Below are positions 17,760-27,495 of a stretch of 64,000 bases of DNA, one piece after another. Both the position numbers and the translations under genes were made by a program. This stretch comes from a virus. Lineage: Duplodnaviria > Heunggongvirae > Uroviricota > Caudoviricetes. Under the pieces are notes generated by a model. The model saw only the letters and a list, made by a program, of their open reading frames with translations. It was not told the DNA's origin and searched no databases. The stretch lies in the IMG/VR virus record IMGVR_UViG_3300009193_000001; one strand, written 5' to 3'. The stretch's first letter is position 1, and each line of letters opens with the position of its first letter.

Positions 17760-18139
17760 TTATTAATGATATTCCTCGACACTACCGTGAACAAGTAGGT
17801 AGAGAACGAGCCACAGGCAAAACATTCCGTCGAGTATGTGAATCATTTGAACAGGCATCTGCAGGGAATCATGTATATTATGTGGTTAATAATGAGCAGA
17901 TGAAGCGATGGACTGGTAACTATATGCTTGATGCGCTACATGGATTCTTTGGCAATAGTGAAACGATGGTTGCTGGTGGCAGACAACATACTGGAATGCC
18001 ACACGACAAATATTATTTCGAGTTCCCTACTGGTGGGTTTATTAAAGTTGTAACCGAAAATGAGTGGAACCATCGACCAATCCCAACCGATGTCAAGGCC
18101 ACATACACCATCATTGAAATGTGGGATGTACACTCATGA
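17756..18139 (+). CDS. Hypothetical protein
   Basis: 127-aa ORF, ATGA overlap with the upstream gene. Confidence 0.45.
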   Translation: MIINDIPRHYREQVGRERATGKTFRRVCESFEQASAGNHVYYVVNNEQMKRWTGNYMLDALHGFFGNSETMVAGGRQHTGMPHDKYYFEFPTGGFIKVVTENEWNHRPIPTDVKATYTIIEMWDVHS

Positions 18140-18378
18140 AGTTTAATAGCAGTGCCAGTTTATTAGATAAAATATTTGCGGCACATCGATACGACCCAGA
18201 TATTTATTCGGTCGATTTAAGTCCGAACGACTATCACGAATGTCTTCGGTCCGTGACCTGCGCATATTATGACCATGGTTGTTTTAAAGACTTCTGCCAT
18301 GCTGCTGATGATAGTACCAGTTTCGAAGCTGGCGGCATGACTTTTAATTTAGTAGAAGGCGAGCAAGATGAAGTTTAG
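18121..18378 (+). CDS. Hypothetical protein
   Basis: 85-aa ORF translationally coupled to neighbours. Confidence 0.35.
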   Translation: MGCTLMKFNSSASLLDKIFAAHRYDPDIYSVDLSPNDYHECLRSVTCAYYDHGCFKDFCHAADDSTSFEAGGMTFNLVEGEQDEV

Positions 18379-18570
18379 GATGCAACATTTATTCTTTCCG
18401 TCGGACGTTAAAGAGTTCGACGAAACAAATGCCCCAAAATGGCTATCTAAAGGTGGCCCTGCTGGGTCGACCATGGATAACCGATGGTTTTGGGAAGGTT
18501 TTGCACTTAAATTGGAAGTAGGTAAAAGTATCAAGACAGACTTCCACGAAATTACAAGGATATCATAATT

Positions 18571-18777
18571 ATGCCAAAATATATTAAAGCTGTACGAAAC
18601 GATAACGATTCGACGTTCTTTAAAGTTCAATCAGTCGACGGTGATGTTATGATTGTACGTTGCACTCATGGTGGCTGGGTTGGTTATCTTAAAGATAATG
18701 TAATATATGCTTGCAAGTTGATGCGTGTTACTGATATAGTAATCAAAATCAAAAAAAGTCATATCATACGAAAGTGA
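18571..18777 (+). CDS. Hypothetical protein
   Basis: 68-aa ORF. Confidence 0.3.
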   Translation: MPKYIKAVRNDNDSTFFKVQSVDGDVMIVRCTHGGWVGYLKDNVIYACKLMRVTDIVIKIKKSHIIRK

Positions 18778-18829
18778 AAGTGCTTACAATAAAGCATATA
18801 AATCCGAGTACAGATTGTAGGAGTAAATT

Positions 18830-19411
18830 ATGAAGAAGACTAAACTTTTGGCTGGTGTTGGTGTTTGTGATGCCGATTATCCGGTGGTTCGATATCAGCA
18901 GTTGGGTTACGTGGATGGCAAACAAAAACAGAAGCGAGTTTGGGCTTGTAAATTATATGAATGTTGGTCAAACATGATTAGACGCTGTTATTCTGATAGT
19001 AATCCAAGCTACGATAACTGTATCGTAGTTGAAGAATGGCACAAGTTTTCTAATTTTAGAAAATGGGCAATAGAGCAAGATTGGGTAGGTATGTGTTTAG
19101 ATAAAGATATACTTTCGAATGGTCGTAAGATATACTCACCATCAACATGCGTTTTTATTGATTCGAAAACAAACAATTTCATGACAGATAGTAAAAAGGT
19201 TAGGGGTGAGTTTCCGATAGGCGTATCAAAGCATAAATGTACTGGTAAATATAAAGGTCGGTGTGGTGGCAAAGAATTGGGTCTATTCACAACACCGGAA
19301 GATGCTCATGATGCGTGGAAAATAGAAAAAGCAAAACAGGCTGAGTTGTTGGCATTATCACAAAACGATTATAGGGTGGCATACCACATAAGGAGGATAT
19401 ATGAGGTTTAG
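18830..19411 (+). CDS. Free-standing HNH homing endonuclease with C-terminal AP2-like DNA-binding domain
   Basis: WSNMIRRCYSDSNPSYDNCIVVEEWHKFSNFRKWAIEQ...LDKD...GRKIYSPSTCVFI matches the common phage HNH pattern W..M..RCY....Y..YGGRGI.VC..W..F..F..W...GL.IDRID..G.Y.P.NCRW. C-terminus GVSKHKCTGKYKGRCGGKELGLFTTPEDAHDAW is AP2-like. Confidence 0.65.
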   Translation: MKKTKLLAGVGVCDADYPVVRYQQLGYVDGKQKQKRVWACKLYECWSNMIRRCYSDSNPSYDNCIVVEEWHKFSNFRKWAIEQDWVGMCLDKDILSNGRKIYSPSTCVFIDSKTNNFMTDSKKVRGEFPIGVSKHKCTGKYKGRCGGKELGLFTTPEDAHDAWKIEKAKQAELLALSQNDYRVAYHIRRIYEV

Positions 19412-20318
19412 TTATTTTAATGGTTTTTACTCAAACACCGCACAAAAATGTGAAGTTGTGGATTGGGACGAATTTGTTACAATTATGCGAGCTATGTCCA
19501 ATGTTGAAGGGTATAAACCAGCCATGGGCGAATATAAGCGCGAACAGCCATTAATATCACCAGCAATTTACGAAGAAAATATACACCGAACTAACGAAGC
19601 AGTGGTTGGTTGGGATATGATTATGCTCGATATAGATGATGGTATAGATAGCTTAGAGCGAATTAAACAGCACTTTAAGCCGTTTAATTACATTATCTAT
19701 TCAACTGCCAACTGTACGTTAGCAAAGCTCAAAATACGTGTGTGTATACCGTTAAATCAACATGCACCAAAGAAAGAACTTCATGGCCTATGGTACGCCT
19801 TAAATCTTTGGTGTTCTGGTATATTAGACGCACAAACTAAAGATAAATCACGTATGCATTACATACCAGCGATGTATATAAATAAAGGTAGCGATTATAA
19901 CCATACGTTTATTGTTAATGATGGTATAGATTTGGATTGGTCTGGGCTGATGGCGAAATATCCGGCACCACCAGAAAAAGATAAATTTAAGGTAGTAAAT
20001 CCTTTACGTGATTTGAAACGTAAGGTATACTTGGGCGCTAAGGCTAAGCCGACCATCAATATAGCCGACAAGAATTGCCCGTTCGTCTACCAAAACATGA
20101 TAGATGATTATCGGTTAACTCCGGCTGGTGGACATCATGGTGCCATATATAAATTTATGGTAATGTGTTGTTACAATGCAGCGAAGATTGACTACCCAAT
20201 ATCTACTGATGAATTGGTTGATATGGCAGAACAACTCGATGCGATAGATGGTGGTTTCTATGACCAGAAAAAATTATACGGTAATGCAGTTGATGCATTA
20301 AATTACACATGCGTTTAG
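19401..20318 (+). CDS. Putative archaeo-eukaryotic primase (AEP/PrimPol)-like domain protein
   Basis: Ordered motifs hhhDhD (IMLDIDDG), sxH (SRMHY about 75 aa later) and a downstream hD (IVNDGIDL), consistent with AEP motifs I-III. Motif-only call. Confidence 0.3.
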   Translation: MRFSYFNGFYSNTAQKCEVVDWDEFVTIMRAMSNVEGYKPAMGEYKREQPLISPAIYEENIHRTNEAVVGWDMIMLDIDDGIDSLERIKQHFKPFNYIIYSTANCTLAKLKIRVCIPLNQHAPKKELHGLWYALNLWCSGILDAQTKDKSRMHYIPAMYINKGSDYNHTFIVNDGIDLDWSGLMAKYPAPPEKDKFKVVNPLRDLKRKVYLGAKAKPTINIADKNCPFVYQNMIDDYRLTPAGGHHGAIYKFMVMCCYNAAKIDYPISTDELVDMAEQLDAIDGGFYDQKKLYGNAVDALNYTCV

Positions 20319-20325
20319 GGATAGT

Positions 20326-20691
20326 ATGATGATGAATTTAATCAGTGGGAAAAAAATAGGAAGAATTCATATAGGTCGAGTTGGTACGTATATCATCGGA
20401 GCAAATAACATACGTATAGACCGAGGACATTCAATTCTATCAAATAAATTCAAGTTAAAAGATGAAATGTGGAGAGATGAATGTTGTGATTGGTATGATG
20501 ATTGGTTAAGGGAACAATTTTTCGCATGTTCTGGTGGTGATTCTGCTAGTGTATCTGCTGAAATTATACGGATAGTTGGTATTATTGAAAGCGGCAAAGA
20601 CGTAAATTTACAATGTTGGTGTGCTCCAAAACGATGCCACGGACAAAGCATAAAAAAATTAGTATTACAATATATAAAGGAGAGAAAATAA
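20326..20691 (+). CDS. Hypothetical Cys-rich protein
   Basis: 121-aa ORF (CCDWYDDW...CWCAPKRCHG); ends at the Dda start. Confidence 0.4.
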   Translation: MMMNLISGKKIGRIHIGRVGTYIIGANNIRIDRGHSILSNKFKLKDEMWRDECCDWYDDWLREQFFACSGGDSASVSAEIIRIVGIIESGKDVNLQCWCAPKRCHGQSIKKLVLQYIKERK

Positions 20692-22046
20692 TGCGATTGT
20701 TTCAATTAACAAAAGGGCAAGAAATTGCTAAAGGTGAGGTTTTGGCCACTTGTCGAAACCCATGCAGAAAAGATGAGAATAAATTTCATCTTATTTTTGG
20801 TCCAGCAGGTAGCGGAAAATCTACACTAATACAAGACATCATCAAATCATTACCAACTGGTAGTAAAATTGGATTTACTGCACCAACACATAAAGCTGCA
20901 AAGGTTTTATATAAGATGGCATTTAAGCTTGGTATAACGCACCTAGTGGACATTAAAACGATTCACTCTGCCTTGGGTCTAAAGCTAGAACGAAAGTACG
21001 GTGAAGAAGTTATCACGAAGCCTAAGTTCTCGGTTGAACATATTTATGACTATCTTTTCATTGATGAAGGCAGTATGCTTGGCGATGAGATATTACAATT
21101 CATTATAGAATGTAAATCTGTCAAGGTCATATTCGTTGCGGATAAAGCACAAATTGGGCCAATAAATTCAGCCAAAGATGAATATGGTAATACGTTAATT
21201 GATGCGACCATGGCAGACCAACTTAGTAAAATATTCACTGAGGTTACGCATACATCAGAACTGATGGAAATTATGCGACAGGCTGCAGATAGCCCAATTA
21301 TTCGTTTAGCTACAAAGATGCGAGAAGCACAAGAAAATCTTCACCTTGGCTTCCCACAAATCGTAAATGATTTAGATGCAGATGGTAATGGTATTGCCGT
21401 AATGCCGTTTGATGATTGGACTGCTGAGTTAGTTGGAAAGTTTCGTTCGCAGGAATTTAAAGATGACCCAGACTTCTGTCGTGTGGTATGTTACACAAAT
21501 AGTGCAGTGGACCAAGTAAATGATTTTGTCCGTCAACAATTACATGGTGTTGGTGTTGCTGAATTTGTAGATGGTGAAATAATCGTTGCACAAGAAAGTG
21601 GCGGTACACCGGACTCATATAAAAACGCTGAAGAGTTCATTGTAGTAACTAGCGAGAAGTTCTTCGATGATGAATATCACGTAGAGGTAATTGAGTTAGT
21701 GCTTAAGTCATTGGATGATGGTAGAATACATAATGTTCGAACCGTTGCCAAAGATTACAAGCTCGAATTTGATAGACACATTCAGCAATTGGCCGACCGT
21801 GCAAACTCAGTAGATAAAATCTCAGCTAAAGCATTTTGGCGAGAGTTCTGGGCAGCAAAAGATAAGTTTAAGTCGTTTAAATATGTATATGCTCTAACGT
21901 CGCACAAGTCGCAAGGTAGCACGTTTACTTATACATACATATATTCGTCAGACTTTATCAATTTTGGCCCCACATTGGCCGTACTTAGGTTGTTATATAC
22001 GGCAACAACACGAAGTGAATTAAAAACTTCATTTAGCTTAGAATAG
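20690..22046 (+). CDS. dda: SF1 DNA helicase, T4 Dda-like
   Basis: QLTKGQ vs T4 DLTEGQ; Walker A GPAGSGKSTL vs GPAGTGKTTL; TAPTHKAAKVL vs AAPTHAAKKIL; SHKSQGSTF motif. Start at ATG 20690 (AGGAGAG RBS) rather than the track start 20613. Confidence 0.85.
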
Positions 22047-22056
22047 GAGAATTATT

Positions 22057-22668
22057 ATGGCATTGGATGGATGGTATGTAAAAGAGGTGACAAGGAAAGA
22101 TATAACAAATTTTATTGAAACTTGGCACTACTCAAAAAATATAAACGGGTGTATATGTGATTACAACTTCGCATTATATTCCCCAGATGGTATAATGAAG
22201 GGGGCTATGTTCTACGGTCGGATGGCTATGGCAAACCAATGGAAGCGATTTTCATCTTCACCAGATGATGTAATCGAGTTGCGTCGATTGTGTTGCGTCG
22301 ATGATACACCGAAAAATACAGAAAGTTACTTTATTGGACAAACCTTCAAATTACTCAGAAAAAATTGGCGCAGAGATGGGGTTATTGTTAGTTATGCAGA
22401 TAAAGAGTACGGTCACGAAGGGACGATATATAAAGCCACAAATTTCGTAATGACTAGGGAAATTGCTGGCGCTAAGGTTATCATGCATGGTGATAAACGC
22501 TACCATGATAAGGCTATACGCACAAAATATAAGGGCGAACTAAAACCATTCGCTAAGAGGTTGGTCGAGGCATTAAAAAACGGGGACGCACAATATAAAA
22601 ACACTGCAGGGAAATTTACATACGTATATAATTTATGTAAAAAGAAACATAAATTATTAAGCACATAG
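22057..22668 (+). CDS. Hypothetical protein; intact paralog of the frameshifted 7353..7983 locus
   Basis: Shares ELRRLC and SYADKEYGHEGTIYKATNF blocks and the C-terminal H...Y.K..R.K..G / KFTYVY blocks with both halves of the 7353 locus. Confidence 0.6.
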   Translation: MALDGWYVKEVTRKDITNFIETWHYSKNINGCICDYNFALYSPDGIMKGAMFYGRMAMANQWKRFSSSPDDVIELRRLCCVDDTPKNTESYFIGQTFKLLRKNWRRDGVIVSYADKEYGHEGTIYKATNFVMTREIAGAKVIMHGDKRYHDKAIRTKYKGELKPFAKRLVEALKNGDAQYKNTAGKFTYVYNLCKKKHKLLST

Positions 22669-22678
22669 GAGAATTATT

Positions 22679-22921
22679 ATGATGAACGACACAGAACTAA
22701 AAACTTTCGTAGAAGACCTTAGTGGTTGGTACGATGGCAGAAAAGAAAACCTTCAAGAAGTACTAAAAAATATCGAAGGCAAAGAAAAATTAACTTTGGA
22801 TTTTGGTGATGATTTACAAATTAAACTAAAAAACAAACAAGAAATTAATGCTTACCGTATGGGTATCATTAGTGCCATATCTGCCTTTGGCGATTTTCCA
22901 GTTAGTATTGAAAATAAATAA
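22679..22921 (+). CDS. Hypothetical protein
   Basis: 80-aa ORF, GGAGAA RBS. Confidence 0.45.
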   Translation: MMNDTELKTFVEDLSGWYDGRKENLQEVLKNIEGKEKLTLDFGDDLQIKLKNKQEINAYRMGIISAISAFGDFPVSIENK

Positions 22922-22930
22922 AATAAACTG

Positions 22931-22964
22931 TTGACTTTTATCTATGGGTCTATATAATGGACCC
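22931..22964 (+). promoter_or_regulatory. Promoter TTGACT-16-TATAAT with IR gggtc/gaccc; duplicate of the 1348 cassette
   Basis: TTGACT 22931-22936, TATAAT 22953-22958; identical leader ccatattcaagagaaactaa. Confidence 0.6.
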
Positions 22965-22995
22965 ATATTCAAGAGAAACTAAACCGGAGTAACAT

Positions 22996-23493
22996 ATGGA
23001 ATCATTTAAAATAGGCAGAGAAAACAGAGCAACATTAAATGTGGATTTAACGACTGCAATTGATGAGCATTTCCATTATATGGGTATGGGTGACCATACA
23101 ATTAAGGTTCCATGTATATGTACCAATGAATATGTATGTGTAATGTGTAATAAATCTAAAGACTTGTGGGTCGAACGTGGAGATAGAGGTTTGGCTATAC
23201 ATCATGCCAGAAGAACCACCACCACATTCACCGTGACCGTAATCGATGACCCATCAGACCAAACCAATAATGGTAAGAAATTTAAGTTGGTTGTTGGACG
23301 GGGGTTATTGAAGAAGATTGCCGCAGTTAGCGCAAAATATAATGACGTAGTTTTACATTTACTAAATACACCTAAAGGATTCGGGTCTAGAACTTTTCCA
23401 GATTATTCTAATAGTACAATATCAATACCAAAAGAAACAATCACAAACCAATTAGCTATGGATTTATTCGAAGCAACAGAAGGCGAACTATAA
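22996..23493 (+). CDS. Hypothetical protein
   Basis: 165-aa ORF downstream of the duplicated promoter/leader cassette 22931..22995. Confidence 0.5.
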   Translation: MESFKIGRENRATLNVDLTTAIDEHFHYMGMGDHTIKVPCICTNEYVCVMCNKSKDLWVERGDRGLAIHHARRTTTTFTVTVIDDPSDQTNNGKKFKLVVGRGLLKKIAAVSAKYNDVVLHLLNTPKGFGSRTFPDYSNSTISIPKETITNQLAMDLFEATEGEL

Positions 23494-24227
23494 TGCAAGA
23501 CTTAGACCGAGTTAAACGTAAAATAGCAAAGCTAATGAATTTGGCTGCAGGTACATCGAACGAACATGAAGCCGATAATGCCATGCGAAAAGCTGGTGGG
23601 CTTATGAACAAATTCCACGTTGAAGGTGCTGCTGATTGGGACAAGAAAATTGTATTAATCGAAAAAGCATTTGGCACCCGTAAGATTGCCAAGGCCCACG
23701 AAAAGAAATTGTTCTGGGCGATATGCGAAAGTGTCGGTGTGTATGGTTTACATACTTCATCGCAGAAAGCATATACATATTGGGATGGGTTCGCTTATGT
23801 GAATGCTGAAGGTGTGCCATGTAAATTTAGGTTGGTTGGTCACCCGAGCGACATAGATATTGCTTGGTATATGTTTGAAGTGTGTCTATCACAGGTACAG
23901 AAACAAACTACCATCTATGGCCAAGGTAAGAAGCTTAAGCGTTCACAACTGAATGATTATGCAATGGGCCTAGTGTTTGGTTTATCTGCTAGATTTAAAG
24001 CTATGCAGTCCAAATGTAATGAGGTTGGTACTGGTTTAGTGCCAGTAGATACCAGAAAAGATGACGCTGAATCATTTTATGCATCCGAAGGTGGCAAAGT
24101 AAAATCGAGCAGTATGACTGTACGTAACAACGACTTTCTACATTCTGGTGTGAAAGATGCTAAAGATATTCGTGTCAATGCTGGCGTAGAAGCAACCAAA
24201 CCAAATAAAACTTTGAGATTGGGGTAG
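23493..24227 (+). CDS. DUF2786-like domain protein
   Basis: N-terminus RVKRKIAKLMNLAAGTSNEHEADNAMRKAGGLMNKF fits the DUF2786 pattern (KI.KLLALA.ST.NE.EA..A..KAQELM.K). Confidence 0.45.
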   Translation: MQDLDRVKRKIAKLMNLAAGTSNEHEADNAMRKAGGLMNKFHVEGAADWDKKIVLIEKAFGTRKIAKAHEKKLFWAICESVGVYGLHTSSQKAYTYWDGFAYVNAEGVPCKFRLVGHPSDIDIAWYMFEVCLSQVQKQTTIYGQGKKLKRSQLNDYAMGLVFGLSARFKAMQSKCNEVGTGLVPVDTRKDDAESFYASEGGKVKSSSMTVRNNDFLHSGVKDAKDIRVNAGVEATKPNKTLRLG

Positions 24228-24230
24228 TAT

Positions 24231-24536
24231 ATGGACGAGAAAGCTGTTATCATAATCCGGTACATTGGTCAGAACATAGAACAAGTAGTTCTTGATGAAT
24301 TAGACGGAATGTATGATTTATCTGTGCGAGAGTTCCAATCCCATCTTCACTGGCTAATTAAAAATAAATATGTCCGCGAAGAAAAAGCGACATTACGTAA
24401 ATTTAGGTATTTACATTTAGAACCACTTGGTTTAGAATACTTTAAATCGGATATAACTGAAATTAAGGAGAAGTCAAAATGTGTAACCAAACCAACGAAA
24501 CAAAAATCGGGTCTGATAACGGGAAGTTTCAGGTAG
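24231..24536 (+). CDS. Hypothetical protein
   Basis: 101-aa ORF. Confidence 0.4.
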   Translation: MDEKAVIIIRYIGQNIEQVVLDELDGMYDLSVREFQSHLHWLIKNKYVREEKATLRKFRYLHLEPLGLEYFKSDITEIKEKSKCVTKPTKQKSGLITGSFR

Positions 24537-25138
24537 ATTTAGATGTAATGCATATGTACCCACATGTACATACTATATATTGCCCACAAAAAGCAGCCAG
24601 AGAAAAGCAACACAAAATTGACCGTGTTCGATTAAAACAGGCTGAGAGCGAATCTGAGCTTACTAACTGCATAAAGCATGCAGTTGGGTGCATAATCACA
24701 GATAAGCATGGCAGAATCGTTTCTACTGGACGTAACGGTACGCCAGAAGGTATAGAAAATTGTTCTGAGCGTTTTAGTAGCAAAAGGATGCGAATCGAAC
24801 GACTTAAGTTTAACATTAAGCATTCTATCGGTTCGGTTAATGCCACACAACGTGCGGAACTTGAAAAGATATACTTAGAGCATCATGAATGGTCTGCGGC
24901 AAATGAAATTCATGCTGAAATTAATGCCATCATTCATTCTAGCCCAGAAAAACGTGCTGGTGGTACATTGTATGTAAACTTGCAACCATGTCCTGTGTGT
25001 GCTAAAGTGATTGCGAATTCTGGCGTTAGTCGAGTAGTGTTCGGTAAAATGTACGAACGTTCAGATAGCGCAGCAACCCAAGCAATGTTCGATGCGAAAA
25101 ATATCGAATATATTTTTATACCTAACTTACTGGATTGA
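24479..25138 (+). CDS. cd: dCMP deaminase (T4 cd-like)
   Basis: Zinc-binding motifs HAEINAI and LQPCPVCAKVIANSGVSRVVF (T4 Cd: HAELNAI, LSPCPDCAKAIAQSGIKKLVY). Alternative start at 24548. Confidence 0.8.
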   Translation: MCNQTNETKIGSDNGKFQVDLDVMHMYPHVHTIYCPQKAAREKQHKIDRVRLKQAESESELTNCIKHAVGCIITDKHGRIVSTGRNGTPEGIENCSERFSSKRMRIERLKFNIKHSIGSVNATQRAELEKIYLEHHEWSAANEIHAEINAIIHSSPEKRAGGTLYVNLQPCPVCAKVIANSGVSRVVFGKMYERSDSAATQAMFDAKNIEYIFIPNLLD

Positions 25139-25142
25139 TATT

Positions 25143-25706
25143 ATGTTATACCAAAAAGACTGCCCAAGATGTGGCGACCCAATGATACGAACGTCTAAAG
25201 ATACACATTATTGCGATTGGTGTGATATTAGAGTAGATGAAAACGCAAACCAGTTCTTCTTGATATGGGTATTGATGGCCATACTTATTATGTTTGGTGT
25301 TGCGTCGAAGCCAGCAGAAGCAAACGACGAAGTTAAATATATGGCAGAAGCTATTTATTTTGAAGCTCGGAACCAAGCGTTGGTTGGACAGGTTGCTGTT
25401 GGATGTGTAATTAAAAATAGAGTTGAGCATAGGCGATGGGCGAATAATGTCCGCGACGTAGTGCATCAACCAAAACATTTTAGTTACTATTCTGATGGTA
25501 AGCCTGAAGTGTATAATGACACAAAAGCCCATTATATTGCTGTACAAATGGCATTGCATGTATTAAACTCTGATGCATGTGATATGTACGACAAGATTGA
25601 CCATTACATCAATCATGATATTGCAAACCCAAAGGCCACTTGGTATAAACAAATGAAGTTTATTATGAAAGTTGGCGAACACTCATTTTACAAAAGTATT
25701 AAATAG
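25143..25706 (+). CDS. SleB/CwlJ-family cell-wall hydrolase with N-terminal zinc ribbon and TM segment
   Basis: CPRCG...HYCDWC zinc ribbon, hydrophobic FFLIWVLMAILIMFGVA, then EAIYFEARNQALVGQVAVGCVIKNRVE...VVHQPKHFS typical of Hydrolase_2 (SleB). Confidence 0.5.
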   Translation: MLYQKDCPRCGDPMIRTSKDTHYCDWCDIRVDENANQFFLIWVLMAILIMFGVASKPAEANDEVKYMAEAIYFEARNQALVGQVAVGCVIKNRVEHRRWANNVRDVVHQPKHFSYYSDGKPEVYNDTKAHYIAVQMALHVLNSDACDMYDKIDHYINHDIANPKATWYKQMKFIMKVGEHSFYKSIK

Positions 25707-25715
25707 GAGAAATTT

Positions 25716-25970
25716 ATGAATAAGAAATTCAAAAGCAAGAAATTTGTAAGAAGATTACCAGTACGTGTGGTACGATATAGCCCAGTGTCAAATGCGTTTT
25801 TATTTGAAGGTAAAGTGTTTGGTTTCGAGTTTGACCAAGCGCCATCAACGACTAGAATGATTGCGCAATCATTGGTACAAACTAAAGGCCGTGCATATTA
25901 TGGCCACAACGCAAGAGCCGAAGAATTACCAAACTTCTTTAAGCCTTCGGTAATTAAATTTACATATTAA
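25716..25970 (+). CDS. Hypothetical basic protein
   Basis: 84-aa ORF with AGGAGA RBS. Confidence 0.45.
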   Translation: MNKKFKSKKFVRRLPVRVVRYSPVSNAFLFEGKVFGFEFDQAPSTTRMIAQSLVQTKGRAYYGHNARAEELPNFFKPSVIKFTY

Positions 25971-25986
25971 ATAAATAAATAAAAAC

Positions 25987-26020
25987 TTTACTTTAAACTT
26001 TAAGGGTGTATACTACACCC
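25987..26020 (+). promoter_or_regulatory. Promoter TTTACT-16-TATACT with IR gggtgta/tacaccc overlapping the -10
   Basis: -35 25987-25992, -10 26009-26014, IR 26004-26020. Confidence 0.45.
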
Positions 26021-26061
26021 AACTTAGAAAATACTTATTATTAACCAAAAGGAAACATATT

Positions 26062-26562
26062 ATGTCAAACACAGATATCAAACACACTGGTCTTAAAGCA
26101 CGTTTAGAAGCATTACCAAAAGAACAAGCAGCTACAGTTGGTGACTTGTTAGAATTAGCGAACATCGTTAATCACAACATCTATAAAGCTAGCGATGGTG
26201 CCAAAAAATTACAGGCAAAATTAGACCATCAAATGACCATCAATAAAGGCTTAATTGAAACTATGTCTATTATGTCTAAAAACATAACTAACATGGGTGG
26301 ACGTATTGAAAGTGTATGGGACACCGTAAATGTAATCGATAAAGATTTAGATGGTGCGTATGATGACATCAATCTATTAAATAGCGAAGCCGACATCAAG
26401 TATGTGCGCCCTAGCGATTTAATAGACGAAGACGAAGTCGTATGTTATGTTGATAAAGGTCGTGGTGATTGTACTGGCGTATGCACATTACAATTCACCG
26501 ACAACGATGGTAAAGCGTACGACTTCGATATCGGTAACTTAAGCAACTATATCGTCGAGTAA
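26062..26562 (+). CDS. Hypothetical protein in an autonomous promoter-ORF-terminator unit
   Basis: Promoter with IR at 25987..26020, RBS AAGGAAA, intrinsic terminator at 26574..26604. Confidence 0.55.
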   Translation: MSNTDIKHTGLKARLEALPKEQAATVGDLLELANIVNHNIYKASDGAKKLQAKLDHQMTINKGLIETMSIMSKNITNMGGRIESVWDTVNVIDKDLDGAYDDINLLNSEADIKYVRPSDLIDEDEVVCYVDKGRGDCTGVCTLQFTDNDGKAYDFDIGNLSNYIVE

Positions 26563-26573
26563 TACTGTCTTTT

Positions 26574-26604
26574 GGTGGGGATTTATTCTCCACCATTTTT
26601 TTTT
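26574..26604 (+). terminator. Rho-independent terminator
   Basis: Stem ggtgggg / ctccacc (one G-U) with 7-nt loop, followed by T9. Confidence 0.7.
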
Positions 26605-26624
26605 CTTTATAATGTGAGGTTGTT

Positions 26625-27164
26625 ATGGCTATTCCAGTTGAGGTAATTGAAATTAAGCGCAAAACAATGGGACTATGTCACCAAGAAAGAGATATAGATT
26701 TCATGACTATGAATCGAGACATGCTACGAACAACCAATGGTATGTTTTTATCTGGCGAAGCTGCATACGATGAAGTTGTGGCCGAGCGACAAAGTAGACG
26801 AGCTGTCCACATCAGAGATAATCGAGGCCAAGATAAATTTATTGTATGGTCTCCAGAGTTTGAAGAGTTTGTTGGAGTTGGGTTAAATATAATCGAAGAG
26901 CTTCAAGCAGAAATCAAGCAGAAAAGTCTTGACAATCACTTCTTGAAGTCGGAGCTAAACAATAGTAAAATATTAGTAGCCAGCGAAAAGAAGGCCCACG
27001 ATAAAACTAAAAATTTATTGGATGGATGGCAGTCGATTGCTGAACGATTCAAGTGTAGATTACACCGAGCAAGAAAGGTATCATTTACACTGAAGGTTGG
27101 TAGCCTTTTCGCTATATATGTTTACGGTTGTATCGTATATGTCGGCACCGTGGGGTTATCTTGA
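26625..27164 (+). CDS. Hypothetical protein with C-terminal hydrophobic segment
   Basis: 179-aa ORF; C-terminus SLFAIYVYGCIVYVGTVGL hydrophobic. Confidence 0.45.
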   Translation: MAIPVEVIEIKRKTMGLCHQERDIDFMTMNRDMLRTTNGMFLSGEAAYDEVVAERQSRRAVHIRDNRGQDKFIVWSPEFEEFVGVGLNIIEELQAEIKQKSLDNHFLKSELNNSKILVASEKKAHDKTKNLLDGWQSIAERFKCRLHRARKVSFTLKVGSLFAIYVYGCIVYVGTVGLS

Positions 27165-27495
27165 GCGTACATTTTGAGCCAATAATTGAAGTGATGCGAG
27201 TATACACCGATGGTGGTAGTTACGAGCAGAAATCCTCATTTGTTGCAGTGGCTACAATTGTATGGGACAGCGAAACCCAAGTAACTCTAAAGGGGTTGCA
27301 TGGTGATGTTAATAAGAGTATACTACTTACGGTTAAAGAAGCTTTACGTAATCGTGGCGTTACTCATTACAGACAATACCGCAATAACAGATGGCAAACC
27401 AAACCTTGTTAGGAGTGTGTGATGCGAAAACGAAAAACGAAGAGCTACGCTGCATGCATTAAAGCAATCCAACCCAACATTAGGAAAACCGAACC

